This document shows, in pieces, positions 24,982 to 37,753 of a stretch of DNA of 64,000 bases. The translations under genes and the position numbers were made by a program. Positions within the stretch are counted from its first letter, which is position 1. Each line of letters starts with the position of its first letter. The notes beneath the pieces are model-generated. The model worked only from the letters and a program-made list of their open reading frames with translations. It was not told the origin of the DNA and made no database searches. The DNA comes from Octopus sinensis (taxonomy: Eukaryota), in the NCBI RefSeq assembly GCF_006345805.1, contig NC_043000.1:43338001-43402000 (forward strand). The letters are read 5' to 3'.

Positions 24982-25177
24982 ACAGTTCTATATGTAAGAG
25001 ATGAGGAATTACGTACCTTAGTTACATTATTTACATTTGACAGATTTTTGTCCTCGTCTTGTTTGTTATTAACACAACGTTTCGGCTTATACATCTTCCA
25101 GTCCTCAGGTTTCTTGGGGAAATTTCGAACCTGGGTTCTCATTCTTAAAATATTGTTCGATGTTGTTGTTGTTGTTG

Positions 25178-25239
<62 letters not shown>

Positions 25240-25322
25240 GCCCAGGTCACTGCCTGGAATGGAACTCGGAATCTTGGTGTTAGTAGCCCGCACTCTTAAC
25301 CACTATGCCAGATTCCCGCGGG
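24981..25322 (-). mobile_element. Composite element: tRNA head + (AAT)n(AAC)n + hammerhead-like region + (CAT)n tail
   Basis: Minus strand: A box TGGCATAGTGG (25310-25300); B-box-like GAGTTCCATTCC (25267-25256); CUGAGGA (25108-25102)…CCGAAACGUU (25085-25076). Confidence 0.6.
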
Positions 25323-25615
25323 CATATGGTGTACTGGATGAGGAAGATGATGATGATGATGATGGTGATGATGAAAGAGGAGAAAAAGAAGAAGAAGAAA
25401 CACATTTGAAGAATATTAAAAACTGTGAAGTGGCAAGGACATGCAAAAGGAAACATTAAATCGAAAAGTTATGGAAAAGAAGAGGGAGAAAGGGATGAGA
25501 TAAAATAGAATAGAAGACAAAGCAGACGTGTAAATGGAAAACATACTCTTAAATCTTTCTGTCCCGCGCCCTCCCTCTATCTAAATATGTGTGTGCGCGT
25601 GTGTGTGTGTGTTTG

Positions 25616-25904
25616 TGGATGCGCAATGACCCAGTGGTTGGGGCAGCAGACTCATGGTCGGAGGATCGCGGTTTCGATTCCCAGACCGGTCGTTGCGTGT
25701 GTTTACTGAGCGAAAACACCGAAATGTTCCACGAGACTCCGGCAGGAGGTGGTGGTGACCCCTGTTGCACTCTTTCGCCACAACTTTCTTTCATGGTAAC
25801 GCCGCGATTGACTGGCGTCCCGTCCAGCTGGGGGGGAACACATACGCCACAGAAACCGGGAAACCTGGCCCATGAGCCGGGCTAGGCTTGAAAAGGGCGA
25901 CATT
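25616..25904 (+). mobile_element. SINE family D (tRNA head)
   Basis: A-box-like TGACCCAGTGG; GGTTTCGATTCC; gagcgaaaacaccgaaa shared with the 45871 and 46326 copies. Confidence 0.85.
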
Positions 25905-25915
25905 ATATATATATG

Positions 25916-26017
<102 letters not shown>

Positions 26018-26019
26018 AT

Positions 26020-26094
<75 letters not shown>

Positions 26095-29000
26095 TATATA
26101 TATATATACACACACAGATGAGATCATTAGGATTAAGGCACTTCATTGTTTTCATCATCTAGTAATTAATTCATCAGAGAGTAAATTATGTCTGCATTAA
26201 AATGCATAACGCGTATCGTATAATGCAACTGTATATTCACAAATCAATGCAAATAATTAAAGCTAGCACATCTGATTACTCAAATACCATGACTACACCC
26301 AGTATTCAATTCCAGGTACACACAAAATTTTCTGATTATATATACCTGAACTTTCAATACTGAGTATATGTATCTCTCACCCTCTGTCTGTACACACACA
26401 CACAAACACAAGCGCATATAAATATATGTGTATATACATACACAGATACACACACATATATATAAACGCATTTACGTACATATATATATGTGTGTGTGTG
26501 TGTACATGAACATATCTACATGCGTAATATACTTCTATAGCTATTCATAAATAAATATACATACACACATGTAACAACAAAAGCAGACACGGGTGACCGT
26601 AGACAATACCAGCAAGAACATGCTAAGGATGATAGTGAAAGGAAACTGTTAGAAAATCAGATAGAAATTGCGAGAGAAATGTGGTAAGAAAGGCAGAGAA
26701 GGAATGAGGAAGATTATGAAGATTTAATTTTTAGTGTTATCGCTTAGCTTAACATATGTATAGTCTTATCTTGGAGTGAAGACATAATAGAATTGTTCAG
26801 ACAAAAAATAGCAATTAGAAGTCAGCATTGGGACTTAGAAGAGAGCTATATGCAATAGAAGATGAGAAAAAGAAATGATAAGAAGTGTTTTAGGGCGTAT
26901 GTCTGCATGAGCAGAGTGAGTAATATATAGATACGTACGAAGATTTAAACATATACTTATACACACTGATAAGGATATACATACACACAGAGAATCATAG
27001 ACACAGACACATATATATATATCTATATACAAATATATATATTTGTTTGTGTATACATGTTATATGTGTATATGTATCCTTATGTTTCTCTGATCCTTAT
27101 ACATTATTACCTGTGAGTTCATTTTAATATTGGTATCGTAATCTTGGCACTATTCTGGCAACCATCTGTAATGTGTCAGGCATAGTTGGGTCTATGTCTT
27201 TTATGCAAATTTATTCAATGAGAAACTTGGCATTCTTTTAACAGAAATCTCCGTTTATATTTTTTCTTGCTGGTTTCTTCGCAATGTGTCGTATTTCCTT
27301 ATCTCATTATTTATGTATTTTATTTTCTTATGGCTTGCTTCTATAGAAATTTCCTTCTACGACTACCCAATAAACCGCTTTACAAAATGTTTCAAGCGAA
27401 TTTGTCTCCCGAGCAAGTTTTCCAACTTTTTAATTCCTTTTGAAGATAATAAGTTTCTTAAAATATATTTAGGAAGTCCCCATCAACATAAAAAAGATAC
27501 AGATCTACGTAGAAGTGGTGCGATCGAAACGTTTATTTTGCAAATTCTCATAGAATAGTGATATTTGAATATATATATACACATATCAACGTCACCAGAA
27601 ATAATTTGCATGTGATGGAATCTGGTTGTGAAATCTGTTTGCAACACGGCAAATCTTGCTAAAAATACTCAAGGTCTTTGGTATTTTATATCGAACTCCT
27701 TTTGTTAAGACTACAATGCGTTTGAGATAAAACCACGGAAAATATATGATAAATATATACTTATCCAACCTTGGAAAATAGCGCGAAAAGAAGAAGCAAT
27801 TACTCGATACATTGTTATCCGTATTAAACACATTTACTTATGAATATTGCGCAATTCATACCTTTTACATTGATCTAAATTGCCGATGATTGGTATTACG
27901 AATAGAAAGCAAATTTAGAATGCATATTACGTCCCTTTCCAAATATTGACTTCCGATTTAAAGAGCAAGCATTTGTTTATTATATTCTATGTAGATGCAT
28001 TTAAAAATATTATCTTTCCGTCTACTGCAATATTTTTATGAAATTTTATGGAAAATTTGGAATAATTTTCCATAAGGTAAGTTAGCGATGGTAATGTAAA
28101 TTGTAATATATTTTCCTTGAAAATATTCGAAAATATTTCCAGTAAATAAAATCAACGATTCACATTGATTGAAACGTCAATGCTTAAGCACTTGGTTATT
28201 TTGCGATTAACGTTTATATTATAATCACCCTACCTAAATCATGAACGACATTTTATAACCAAACACTTCCCATTAATCAAGGTTATTTTAGTTATATTCT
28301 TTATTTTATCAATAAAAACATAGCAAATATTCTATATGAATATATTGTATCTAAGAATTGCTAAATGTTCGTCTTATACATGGAAAATTGAATTTTATTT
28401 TTAGGAAGGAATATTGTATTCAGAGATATGAAGTATTTTCAAATATGCATTTATGTTACTTTAAGCCCACCTCCTTTTCTGAGGGTCCCGCACCGTGATA
28501 TTATCAGATGGATCTCCACAATTTTCTCAAGTAAATGAATATTTGATAGCACGGTGGTTCAGTAAAACTGTGGTTCAATAAAAGTGGATTTAGTGAAGAA
28601 AATTCTGGCCACGACGACAATCGAAATCACCGTAAACAAAATGTACTTTGATTAAGCCACTTTTATAATTACACTGTGAAATCTATTACTTCTTAGAACT
28701 TAAGAGATGAAGAATTTTATTTCACAAGACACAAATATTTTGAACAATTTAAAAGCAACAAAACGTAAACGATTATGGCATTAACAAGATTATTGATGTT
28801 AAGTAATATGCTATCGAAACACTCAATAAACTGCGATTAGAAAAAGTTCCTTATTAACCAAAATGCTCAAAAACTAAATGAAGTCAGTGACATGTGTCAT
28901 GGCCGAAATAGTCACGCCTCTGAAGAAATTATACAAAAACTGCTCAAGCTTCCGTGTGGATCCTATGAAACAATCGGCTCTAAATATTATATAAGTTTAC

Positions 29001-30240
29001 TGTGTGAGGTATTTTTAAAAACCATAAATCCACATCTGAATACACAGAAAAAATAGACAGTAAGCTATCACAAAACCTAGTGTGAGATTTGAAAGATCCA
29101 AAGCTGAGAATATTAACAGCACTTGTTCTTTAGTCCATTTCAGCAAAATGTAAATGTTCCTATTCAAGTTTTTTTGTGTTAATGGTGAGAAGCACACTAC
29201 AATCTTATTAAAAGAACAGACCTGACATCAAGCAAGTAATAGCATGTTTTCAACCGACAACAACAATGCTGAATCAGAGTATACTGACGTAAAATAAAAG
29301 CTGATGGCAGGAGATCGATATTCTGTACGATGACGAAAATAAAAATGTAAATATGTCGAATGATACTGATAGAATTAAACGGCCAGTGATTTAAGATTTA
29401 CCAGCCAGCCCTATCGCATGAAGCTCTAAAGACAGGTGAAAGCGGAGATTGTAAGAATAATATAAGCTGGAACAATTTTTAAATATATATCTTAAATATC
29501 TACCGTAGGCAATTTAAAATATTTACCTTATCTAAAGTAATTGCTTCTCGTTTGGTTTGTCCTTATACGTACTACGTCAGTAATCACATTTCTAAATATA
29601 TAAGCAGATATGAATACCTGTGTGTGTGTAGCAGGTTATGTAAACGTCAGAAAAAAGCCACTAAAAGAGTAATTTAAAACTGAAAGTAAACAACTCACTT
29701 AGATTGAATAACACGTGTAAATTTACAATTTACAATAAATGTAAACGCGATAATTTGTCTCCAAAATGAAAAGAAATAGCGGATGTGAACTAAAATCTAT
29801 CCCTTTGACAACACGTTGTAAGAACGGTTGTACTGTCATATCCTCAGTTTTCTACGGAATATACATCAGCCGACACAATACAAATATAACAATAGTACAT
29901 ATAGGTTATTTCACTGTTTCATGTCGAGAAAAATCGGCATGGTTACAGAAAACATTCACCGCATTATCTAAAATGTATTTGGCTTGGAGAGAACAAACTG
30001 GTAAAAACATGACAAAATTTTAAATCTACCCGAAACGAAAATCGATAATTAAAAAAAGGACTCTGAACATACAATTGCATAATATTTTATCCAATATGTA
30101 CTCGTGTTATACGTATATGACAACTTATATACAAACATACATATACAGGTCTACTCAAGCGCGAGTATAGAAAAGCAAGGGTATCGAAATATTTGTATAT
30201 TTATAATAAGCTGGCCTGCAAGTCCAGAGAATGAGTGTGC

Positions 30241-30285
<45 letters not shown>

Positions 30286-30447
30286 GGTGTGTGTGTATGT
30301 GTGTGTACATATACATATAGGTATATATATAAACAAAATGAATATAGGTACACACACACACACACAAACATACACACATACATATACATTACATTCACTT
30401 CTGTCCCTCTCTCCCTCTCATATATATAGACATATAATGTATGTATG

Positions 30448-30505
<58 letters not shown>

Positions 30506-31194
30506 ATATATATATATGTATGTACATATATATATATATATATATCCGTATATGGACATGTATATGCATATACATACAAGAATAGACACACGCACACAAA
30601 CACATACACACAACTCCCCCATTAATACATACACATGTATATGCATATGGAGGTCACAGGTGTGGAAGCTTCACAGAAACGTCAAGTAAATTGCAATTCT
30701 TATCACATTCATTGTAGCAGGGCAGGAGAGCTGTTTCCGTTACTTAACGTCACTTAAACCTCAACTAATCAGTTTCTGTATTTCATATAAGCACAGAAGG
30801 AATGTGTGTGATTGACCGATGCGCAAAATTACAGGGCTATAATTGACAGATTATTAGCTTGCAGCACACCGTTAATAACATGTTTAAATCTGTGATAGAT
30901 TGGTACAGAAGGTTCTCATCGAACTGGAGCAAGATTTATCACAGTATTGCGTCTCTCTTCAGCAAACGGCAATGAATATTTTGAAAAATACAGAGGCAAC
31001 GCAGCCATCTCCAAACCCACTTTAATAAACTTATAATAAGATTTAAGTTTTACAGGAAGATTTGCAAATAGAAGCAAAGCATTTTATGCTATTTACTGGT
31101 AGATAACAAAATTTTTTTCAAGTTCTTGTTATACATATATACCTACTGCTACTACTACTACTACTGCTACTATATATATATATTCTGATGGCCG

Positions 31195-31255
31195 GATAAC
31201 TGAAGAGATGGCGGCGTGGATTCCTACCTCGGCATCTGAAACTCGGAGTTTTATC
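31195..31255 (+). ncRNA. Type I hammerhead-like motif, same family as the 4369-4442 arm
   Basis: GAUAA(31195-99)-CUGAAGA(31200-06)-GAUG…CAUC-U-GAAA(31238-41)-CUC G GAG U-U17(31250)-UUAUC(31251-55). Confidence 0.6.
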
Positions 31256-31578
31256 ATGGCTACCGAATAATTGTCACATGTTACATTTACAGATATATAA
31301 ATAAATATATATATACTATTATAATTAAGGGCATAGAAAAATAATTTCTTCCCTATATGCAGAAAGAAGACGCCAAATCATCGAACCTCATCCAATATCA
31401 TCAATGGCGATGTGTTAACGTTGTTCGATGATTTAGCGTCTTCTTTCAGCATATAGGCAAGATTTTTTTTCTACGCTCTTAACTATAATTGTATTTATGA
31501 TTTCACCTTAATAGATCAATATTTTTATATGATGGCCACTGATAAAATGTTTAACAATTATATCATTTCACATCATTT

Positions 31579-31639
<61 letters not shown>

Positions 31640-32269
31640 ATTACAGATATAGGGTAAAGAATTATTAATTTAATAATTAATAAATTTTACCCAGTAGTTT
31701 CGGTATGGAAAAGACAATTATCGGTAAAAACTTATACAAAATGTGTTTTTATATAATTATAAATATAATTAAGTGTTTAGCAACAAGTTGCTAATTTAGA
31801 AATAGGAGCCAAATATAGCATACAAATATGACTCCGGAGTCATACTTGTAGTTATAAGAATTAGCTGTCTTTGGCTACTATATCTACATTTTCGGTATGT
31901 GGTGAAGCAACTTGTTGCTAAACCCTTAATGATATATATATATATAATATATATATATACTTACACACAAACACATATGGACACAAATGCACTCTCTAAC
32001 TCACATATATACATATATATGGACATATATACGTATAAATAATCACACACAATCTATTTTGTGTTGAATACACCATCCTTTTCTATTTCAGATTTCCATT
32101 CGGAGATGTCTCCAATTCTTATAACAGACAGCATACAGATGCCTTACGTTGTGACTTTCCAAATATGTTCCATACTTCATTGATATTTTTATGTTATGTA
32201 GCAAGTCTTCACTTACATTTAATTGACATAGATATTGTCGTATGGTTGCAAACGATACGTTATTCTTTT

Positions 32270-32420
32270 CTACTCTAGGCACAATGCCTGAAATTTTGGC
32301 CAGGCGATTAGATCGATCCCAGTACGCAACTGGTACTTAATTTATCGACCCCGGAAGGATGGAAGGCAAAGTTGACCTCGTCGCAATTCGAACTCAGAAC
32401 GTAAAGACCGACGAAATACT
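32270..32420 (-). mobile_element. SINE family B, 5'-truncated
   Basis: actggtacttaatttatcgacccc…gaactcagaacgtaa…gacgaaatac. Confidence 0.85.
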
Positions 32421-32584
32421 GAAGAACTTGCAGAACAACCTGAACATTTGATCTGTTTATATTGTTGACATATTTTTGCTGTTGCTATACATTAGGTTAC
32501 TTCCCTCATAAAGTTGACATTAACTACAAAGGTGTTCGCTGTGCTGCACATCATTTGACGCAGTGATCTCAGAGCAATCTGAAG

Positions 32585-32680
32585 TGTTTTCCTTAAGAGC
32601 TCAACGCACAGCTATCTCCAGGAATCGGAACCGTAATCTTATACTTGAGAACATCATACCCAGACAACTAGGCTGTGTGA
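32585..32680 (-). mobile_element. Highly degenerate tRNA/CORE-type SINE head
   Basis: aagtgttttccttaagagctcaacgc…ggaatcggaacc…caactaggctgtg resembles the antisense of families A/C. Confidence 0.4.
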
Positions 32681-33847
32681 CACACATACATACACCCAGA
32701 CTTACGACTACATGCGCATATGTATAAATATATGTATGTATGTTTGCATGCATGTATGCATGCATATATAAATATATATATATATATAATATAATATAAT
32801 ATTATATTATATTATATTAAATTATATTGCTCCTTCTGCTAATTAGGTTCTAATCGATTGTTGTAGATGTGATCAACTCCAGTCTATATTTCAATCTCTT
32901 ACTTAACTGTATCCCTTGTCGAAGCGCTACTGGATAGGACAGATAAGCATCTACATATCATCAGTTTGATGCATTACGAACCGAAAGAAAATGTGGACCG
33001 AACCATCTGTAATACATTTGTTTCCTTGAGAACATATCACCAAGGGAAAATAGTTACTTTTGAGAAGTTGTGCTGGTGTGAGAAGCATAAGAGCCATAAA
33101 GTGTGTAAGAAAAAAGAATAATAAATATTAAATAAGATGAATAAAGATTGCCATGATAAAACCCGAATTCATAACTACTAGCAATCCTGTTCACAGAGTA
33201 TTTGTCAATAACATGTAAGTATGTGCAAATGCACGAGTAGCTCTATTTAGGTATGTATGATACAATTTACGTGTATTACAGTTGCATTCGTTTGGCAAAT
33301 ATAGTTCAATGAATTTGACTTAAACGTGTTCTCAATCAATTTCTTAACAGCATGACGCTGGACATATTATGCTGATATATCACGCTTAGTAGTAAATTGG
33401 CAGCTTAGAAATTATCGGCTAACACTAAGCTTAACCCTTTAATTACAGCTTGAACCTAAAATTGGCTTCAGTCAGTTTGATAGATTAGTTTGGTAATAGT
33501 TAATTTTAATATCATAATCTACTTAAAAGCAATTGTGTTGCAATAATCGTACAGTGATGGACTTATTGGTTTGCGGATTTTAGTTACATCTTAGTGCGAA
33601 TCCACCAGTTAAATTAGCTGTTCATCTTTTCAGGATCAATTAGGACACGGTGGTTTATTACTGCTGGTTTGCAAACTATATACACAGACACACGCCAGGA
33701 CACACACGCACAACACACAAAATGAAGACTGGGTAAAAGATTCACCGTCGCTTTAAAGGAGCGTTTGCGAATAAAAGCAAAGCATTCTACGCTATTGTCT
33801 GGCAGATAACAAAATTGTTTTCGTTCTTGTTATACAGATATACTCAC

Positions 33848-34262
33848 CACCGCTAGAAAAAGCTGCCGTTTTTTCTAGCGGTGTCATATGAAATTGTCAC
33901 CCATAATTATGACCCTAGTATTGATCTATTGCATTTCAATCTATTTTAGATTTAGGTTTAGGGTTAGGGGTGGGGGAAGGGTATCTTTTTTTCTTCACAA
34001 ATGTAAATAAACCCAATGTGTTTCTTAAGCGAGGGACTTATTCATATGGTACAGAATGCTTTTTAACTCAATAGACGCCAGTGATTGTTTGAAATTGCAG
34101 AAATTTAAGGCCAAATATGTTACAAACTATAGCATTTTCCCAATAAAGCCAAGAAAAAGAGAAATATGTTGTATAAACACATTCTACCAGTATACGAATT
34201 CTAACATTTTTTAGTTACCTAGAAATTATGTTAAAAACTGCCGTTCAAACCGAAAAGATCCC
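33848..34262. mobile_element. MITE-like DNA element with right terminal aaaaactgccgttcaaaccgaaaagatccc and a folded-back left end
   Basis: 14-bp IR 33848-33861/33870-33883 enclosing gctgccg, which matches the right-end aactgccgtt; internal GGGTTAGGGGTGGGGGAAGGG. Confidence 0.55.
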
Positions 34263-34294
34263 ATTATTTACATTATTCACAGTTGACGGATATT

Positions 34295-34378
<84 letters not shown>

Positions 34379-35104
34379 CACTCCCTTTCTCAACCTTCAT
34401 TGTATTGGCTTTCCTTTCTTCTACCTTACTGTCTCTCCCTCTCTCTCTCTCATTCTTCATTCTTTTCTCTACAACCATTCCCTTTTTTTCTCTCCCTTTC
34501 TCTTATTCCTCCTCCTCCCCCCAGTCGTTGACCCGTAACAAGAACGCTGCTACTGTCTTTCTTGTCCTGGCTACCTTCAAATAGAGACGGCACATCTGTT
34601 GCTCCCTCGCTGTTTTCAAAAAATAGCGTTCGTAAAAAAGTTTATCTCGTTCGGCTTAACAGCCCTTCTAGTTTGTGTTACTGTTATTCTCCTTGTCCTG
34701 TCTTTTACTGTTTATATTTTGTACTGTCGTTACTGTCCTGTTTTTGTTACCATTTTTACCCCTCCGCAAAAAAATCTCAAATTTTATTTAATTTGATTTT
34801 CGTGGGAAGTATTGTTTCATTAAAGTCATGTATCGCCTTGACCTTCGAAACGTGGAGTATATGAAACAAAGGCGACTGAAGAAGGGGAATTGTCCTAGTA
34901 TTGTATGTCCTGTACTCTATTTTTTCGTTGTTTAAGAAAAATGTCCATTTCCTTGGTTTTCTGTTTATGTTTTCGTTTCTCATTGTGTTCGACTTTTTTT
35001 TTTTGGTGTCCTGTACCCATATATGCATGTATATATACATGTAGAGTTAGGTACGTACATATATATGTATGTATATATGCATATGTTTTATTTATTTATT
35101 AATT

Positions 35105-35175
<71 letters not shown>

Positions 35176-35179
35176 TGTT

Positions 35180-35384
35180 ACCGCGTGTGTACCGTTGGCG
35201 ATTTTTTTCCTCCGTCTTCCCTTCTCTGGATCTTTTCTCTTCCTATGTTTCTGACGAAGAGCCCCGCTCGAAACGTAAAACCCTCTGTCTTTCCTTCCTT
35301 CCTGACTGTCCAATAATACTATATTTGTTCCACGTCCTCGCGTTGTTGTGCTTTCTCTTGGTGTTTTCATGTTTGGATTAACTT

Positions 35385-35390
<6 letters not shown>
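35180..35390 (+). mobile_element. Penelope-like terminal repeat relic carrying an apparently intact hammerhead
   Basis: Hammerhead motif shared with 4460-4700 and 52700-52860, with similar pyrimidine-rich flanks. Confidence 0.6.
35247..35281 (+). ncRNA. Minimal type I hammerhead ribozyme candidate, intact core, predicted cleavage after A35277 (GUA)
   Basis: GUUU-CUGACGA-A-GAGC ccc GCUC-GAA-ACGU(palindrome)-A-AAAC. Confidence 0.72.
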
Positions 35391-35424
<34 letters not shown>

Positions 35425-35504
35425 GATACACACACACGCACAAAATATCGGCTCACCATCTCTTTTATTTCTCTCACTTATCTTCTCCCTCTCTCACTCG
35501 TGTC

Positions 35505-35537
<33 letters not shown>

Positions 35538-35823
35538 CACACAGGGATACATACACGCTGGTATTTGTAACTTTCATTTCCGCTGGTTGATTGTTGATTA
35601 TGAACCTGGCTAGGATATTTGAGTAGAAAAAATATTTATGAGCATCATAAACGCTTTCTGTTTATCTTTCTCTCGTTGTACTGGATTCTGTGACATTCTG
35701 GCCATCCTTTATTTCCATCCGTATCTTAAAAGCTGCCTTTTTACGTATTTACTCAGGAGTTCTTCATATATCTATCTTTATATATATATATATAAAGGGG
35801 TTTGTATGATTGTGTATAGAGGG

Positions 35824-36228
35824 ATATATATTATTCAAAGAAATTCCAATTCTGTCTGTTTTTTTGTTTTATTTATATTCTTTATAATATTAATGTAGAA
35901 TATAGAATATATAGTATAAATAATATATATAGTAAAATGAAATGAAGCATTAATTGTCTTATTGAAAACATGAAATATTGAATATAAAATATTAAGGTTG
36001 TGACAGGAGTGTTTTGGGACCTTGAAGACTGCTTTAATGCAAAAAAGTATACTAGTCCCTTAATATTTTATATTCAATATTTCATCTTTACAATAAGACA
36101 ATTAATACTTCATTTCATTTTACTATATATATTATTTATACTATATATTCTATATTCTACATTAATATTATAAAGAATATAAATAAAACATAAAAAACAG
36201 AGTTGGAATTTCTTTGAATAATATATAT
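35824..36228. repeat. ~172-bp inverted duplication, 60-nt spacer
   Basis: 35824-35997 versus reverse complement of 36058-36228, few differences. Confidence 0.92.
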
Positions 36229-37719
36229 ATATACACACACATATATATAGTCCGTAGAAGGTATAACAATTTTGGATTTTAATTTGTGCACACACACATA
36301 TGTATGCATGTATATATATAGTCCACAGATTAGATCCACAGGTTCTCAGTATAGAAGACATTTAATAGTGTTCAAACTTAGACTGTGATGTTTTTAAAGG
36401 GGATCAATTATACGGGGTTAATAATGGTTGTGAGGGATCAAATTCAGCAGACATGGAGGCAATTATGAAGGTAAATAAATTAGATGTAATAAATTAGATA
36501 TAATAATTTGGGTATGAAATAAGAAAAAATATGCATACATAAAATGAAAAAAGTAGAGGATATTGCCCACGTGATGATCAATACCAGATTAAACATGACT
36601 TCACGTCGAATAGGCTTCAGAGACCACTTTTCTTTTAGCGCGCTTTATTCCGAGCCTATAAACCAGCTGGCCAACAGAGACAGCGGACAGCAGCTGACAA
36701 CACCAAAGGCAATGAAGAACCAGAGGACGAACAACTTTAGAAATCAGTAGTCGGCAAGCAACTAACAGCATTTCATCTGCTGTTATAACTACCACAAAAA
36801 CAAAATCTCTCGACGTTTTGTCGTTCATACTAAAGACAACTATTATTTCCTGTAGACACAAAGAATAACATTTTGCCTAGAAATCTCAGCGGTATCTAGT
36901 ATTCTTCTTCGTCCATACCTTATGTTTCTTACATAAAACCAAGTGTCGTGCTTTGAATGGTTGTATATAATTAGCATTCTACAAAGTATTTACTTCTCTC
37001 TATGCTCCTTGATTCATACATACATACACACTTATAAGTGTAATCATATCACTCTATGCAATCATAAGAAATATACAGAGAGATAGATAGAGAGAGAGGG
37101 GGGGGAGAGAGAAAGAGAGAGAGAGAGAAAATGTGTGATATTTAGACGGAATAAATAGCATGCTTAATAGATTATTGAAATATTTAGAGCGTATACTTTA
37201 AGCTAAAAGGGAAGCCAACAATATTTCACTGAAAGAAATTATGCGAAACCTGTATGAAATATTGCAGTTATTCTGGTTAATATGTTTGATATGTTTTTCT
37301 ACCTACAAACTTTGATTTAGTGTAATGTATCACACAAGCCCTGTACATCGGATAATGGAGGAAATAATTGGGGAAGACAGTATGAGTTGAAATTCATACC
37401 GAATATGTTTTACAAATATTTTCAATATTTCTACAAGATTATGTTTTACTTATTACATACTTCGCTTATTTAGTCTAAAACCTGTTGATCTGATATGTTG
37501 CAGTGACTTCGGTTTATGTAGCACCGGGTTCGCTATCCTTCTTTCCGTTAATTTTGTACGCACATACACACACACACGCATACACAACCGCCGCCCCTCC
37601 TTACACACACGCACTCAGACAAAAAAAAACTTATAAGTATAGGTTAGTTAATTTTCTGAAGAATAAAAAGTTTTGAATGGTACAACAGTGCACTATAATA
37701 CTAAGGCATCCACAGTCTG

Positions 37720-37753
37720 ATATGATAATTCGGAATAATCCTTCTTCAGATAT
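37720..37753 (-). ncRNA. Minimal hammerhead with a single core substitution (A15.1->U)
   Basis: Minus strand AUAU-CUGAAGA-A-GGA uuau UCC-GAA[U]-U-A-U-C-AUAU. Confidence 0.5.

Noticed and set aside
27286-27831. AT-rich ORFs of 79-90 aa
   Set aside because: F/I/L/K-rich composition typical of random AT-rich frames, with no motifs.
34841-34895. Permuted hammerhead (CCUUC-GAAACGUG … CUGAAGA-AGGGG)
   Set aside because: N17 would be G and no helix I pairing could be found; it may be a PLE relic but is not supportable as a ribozyme.
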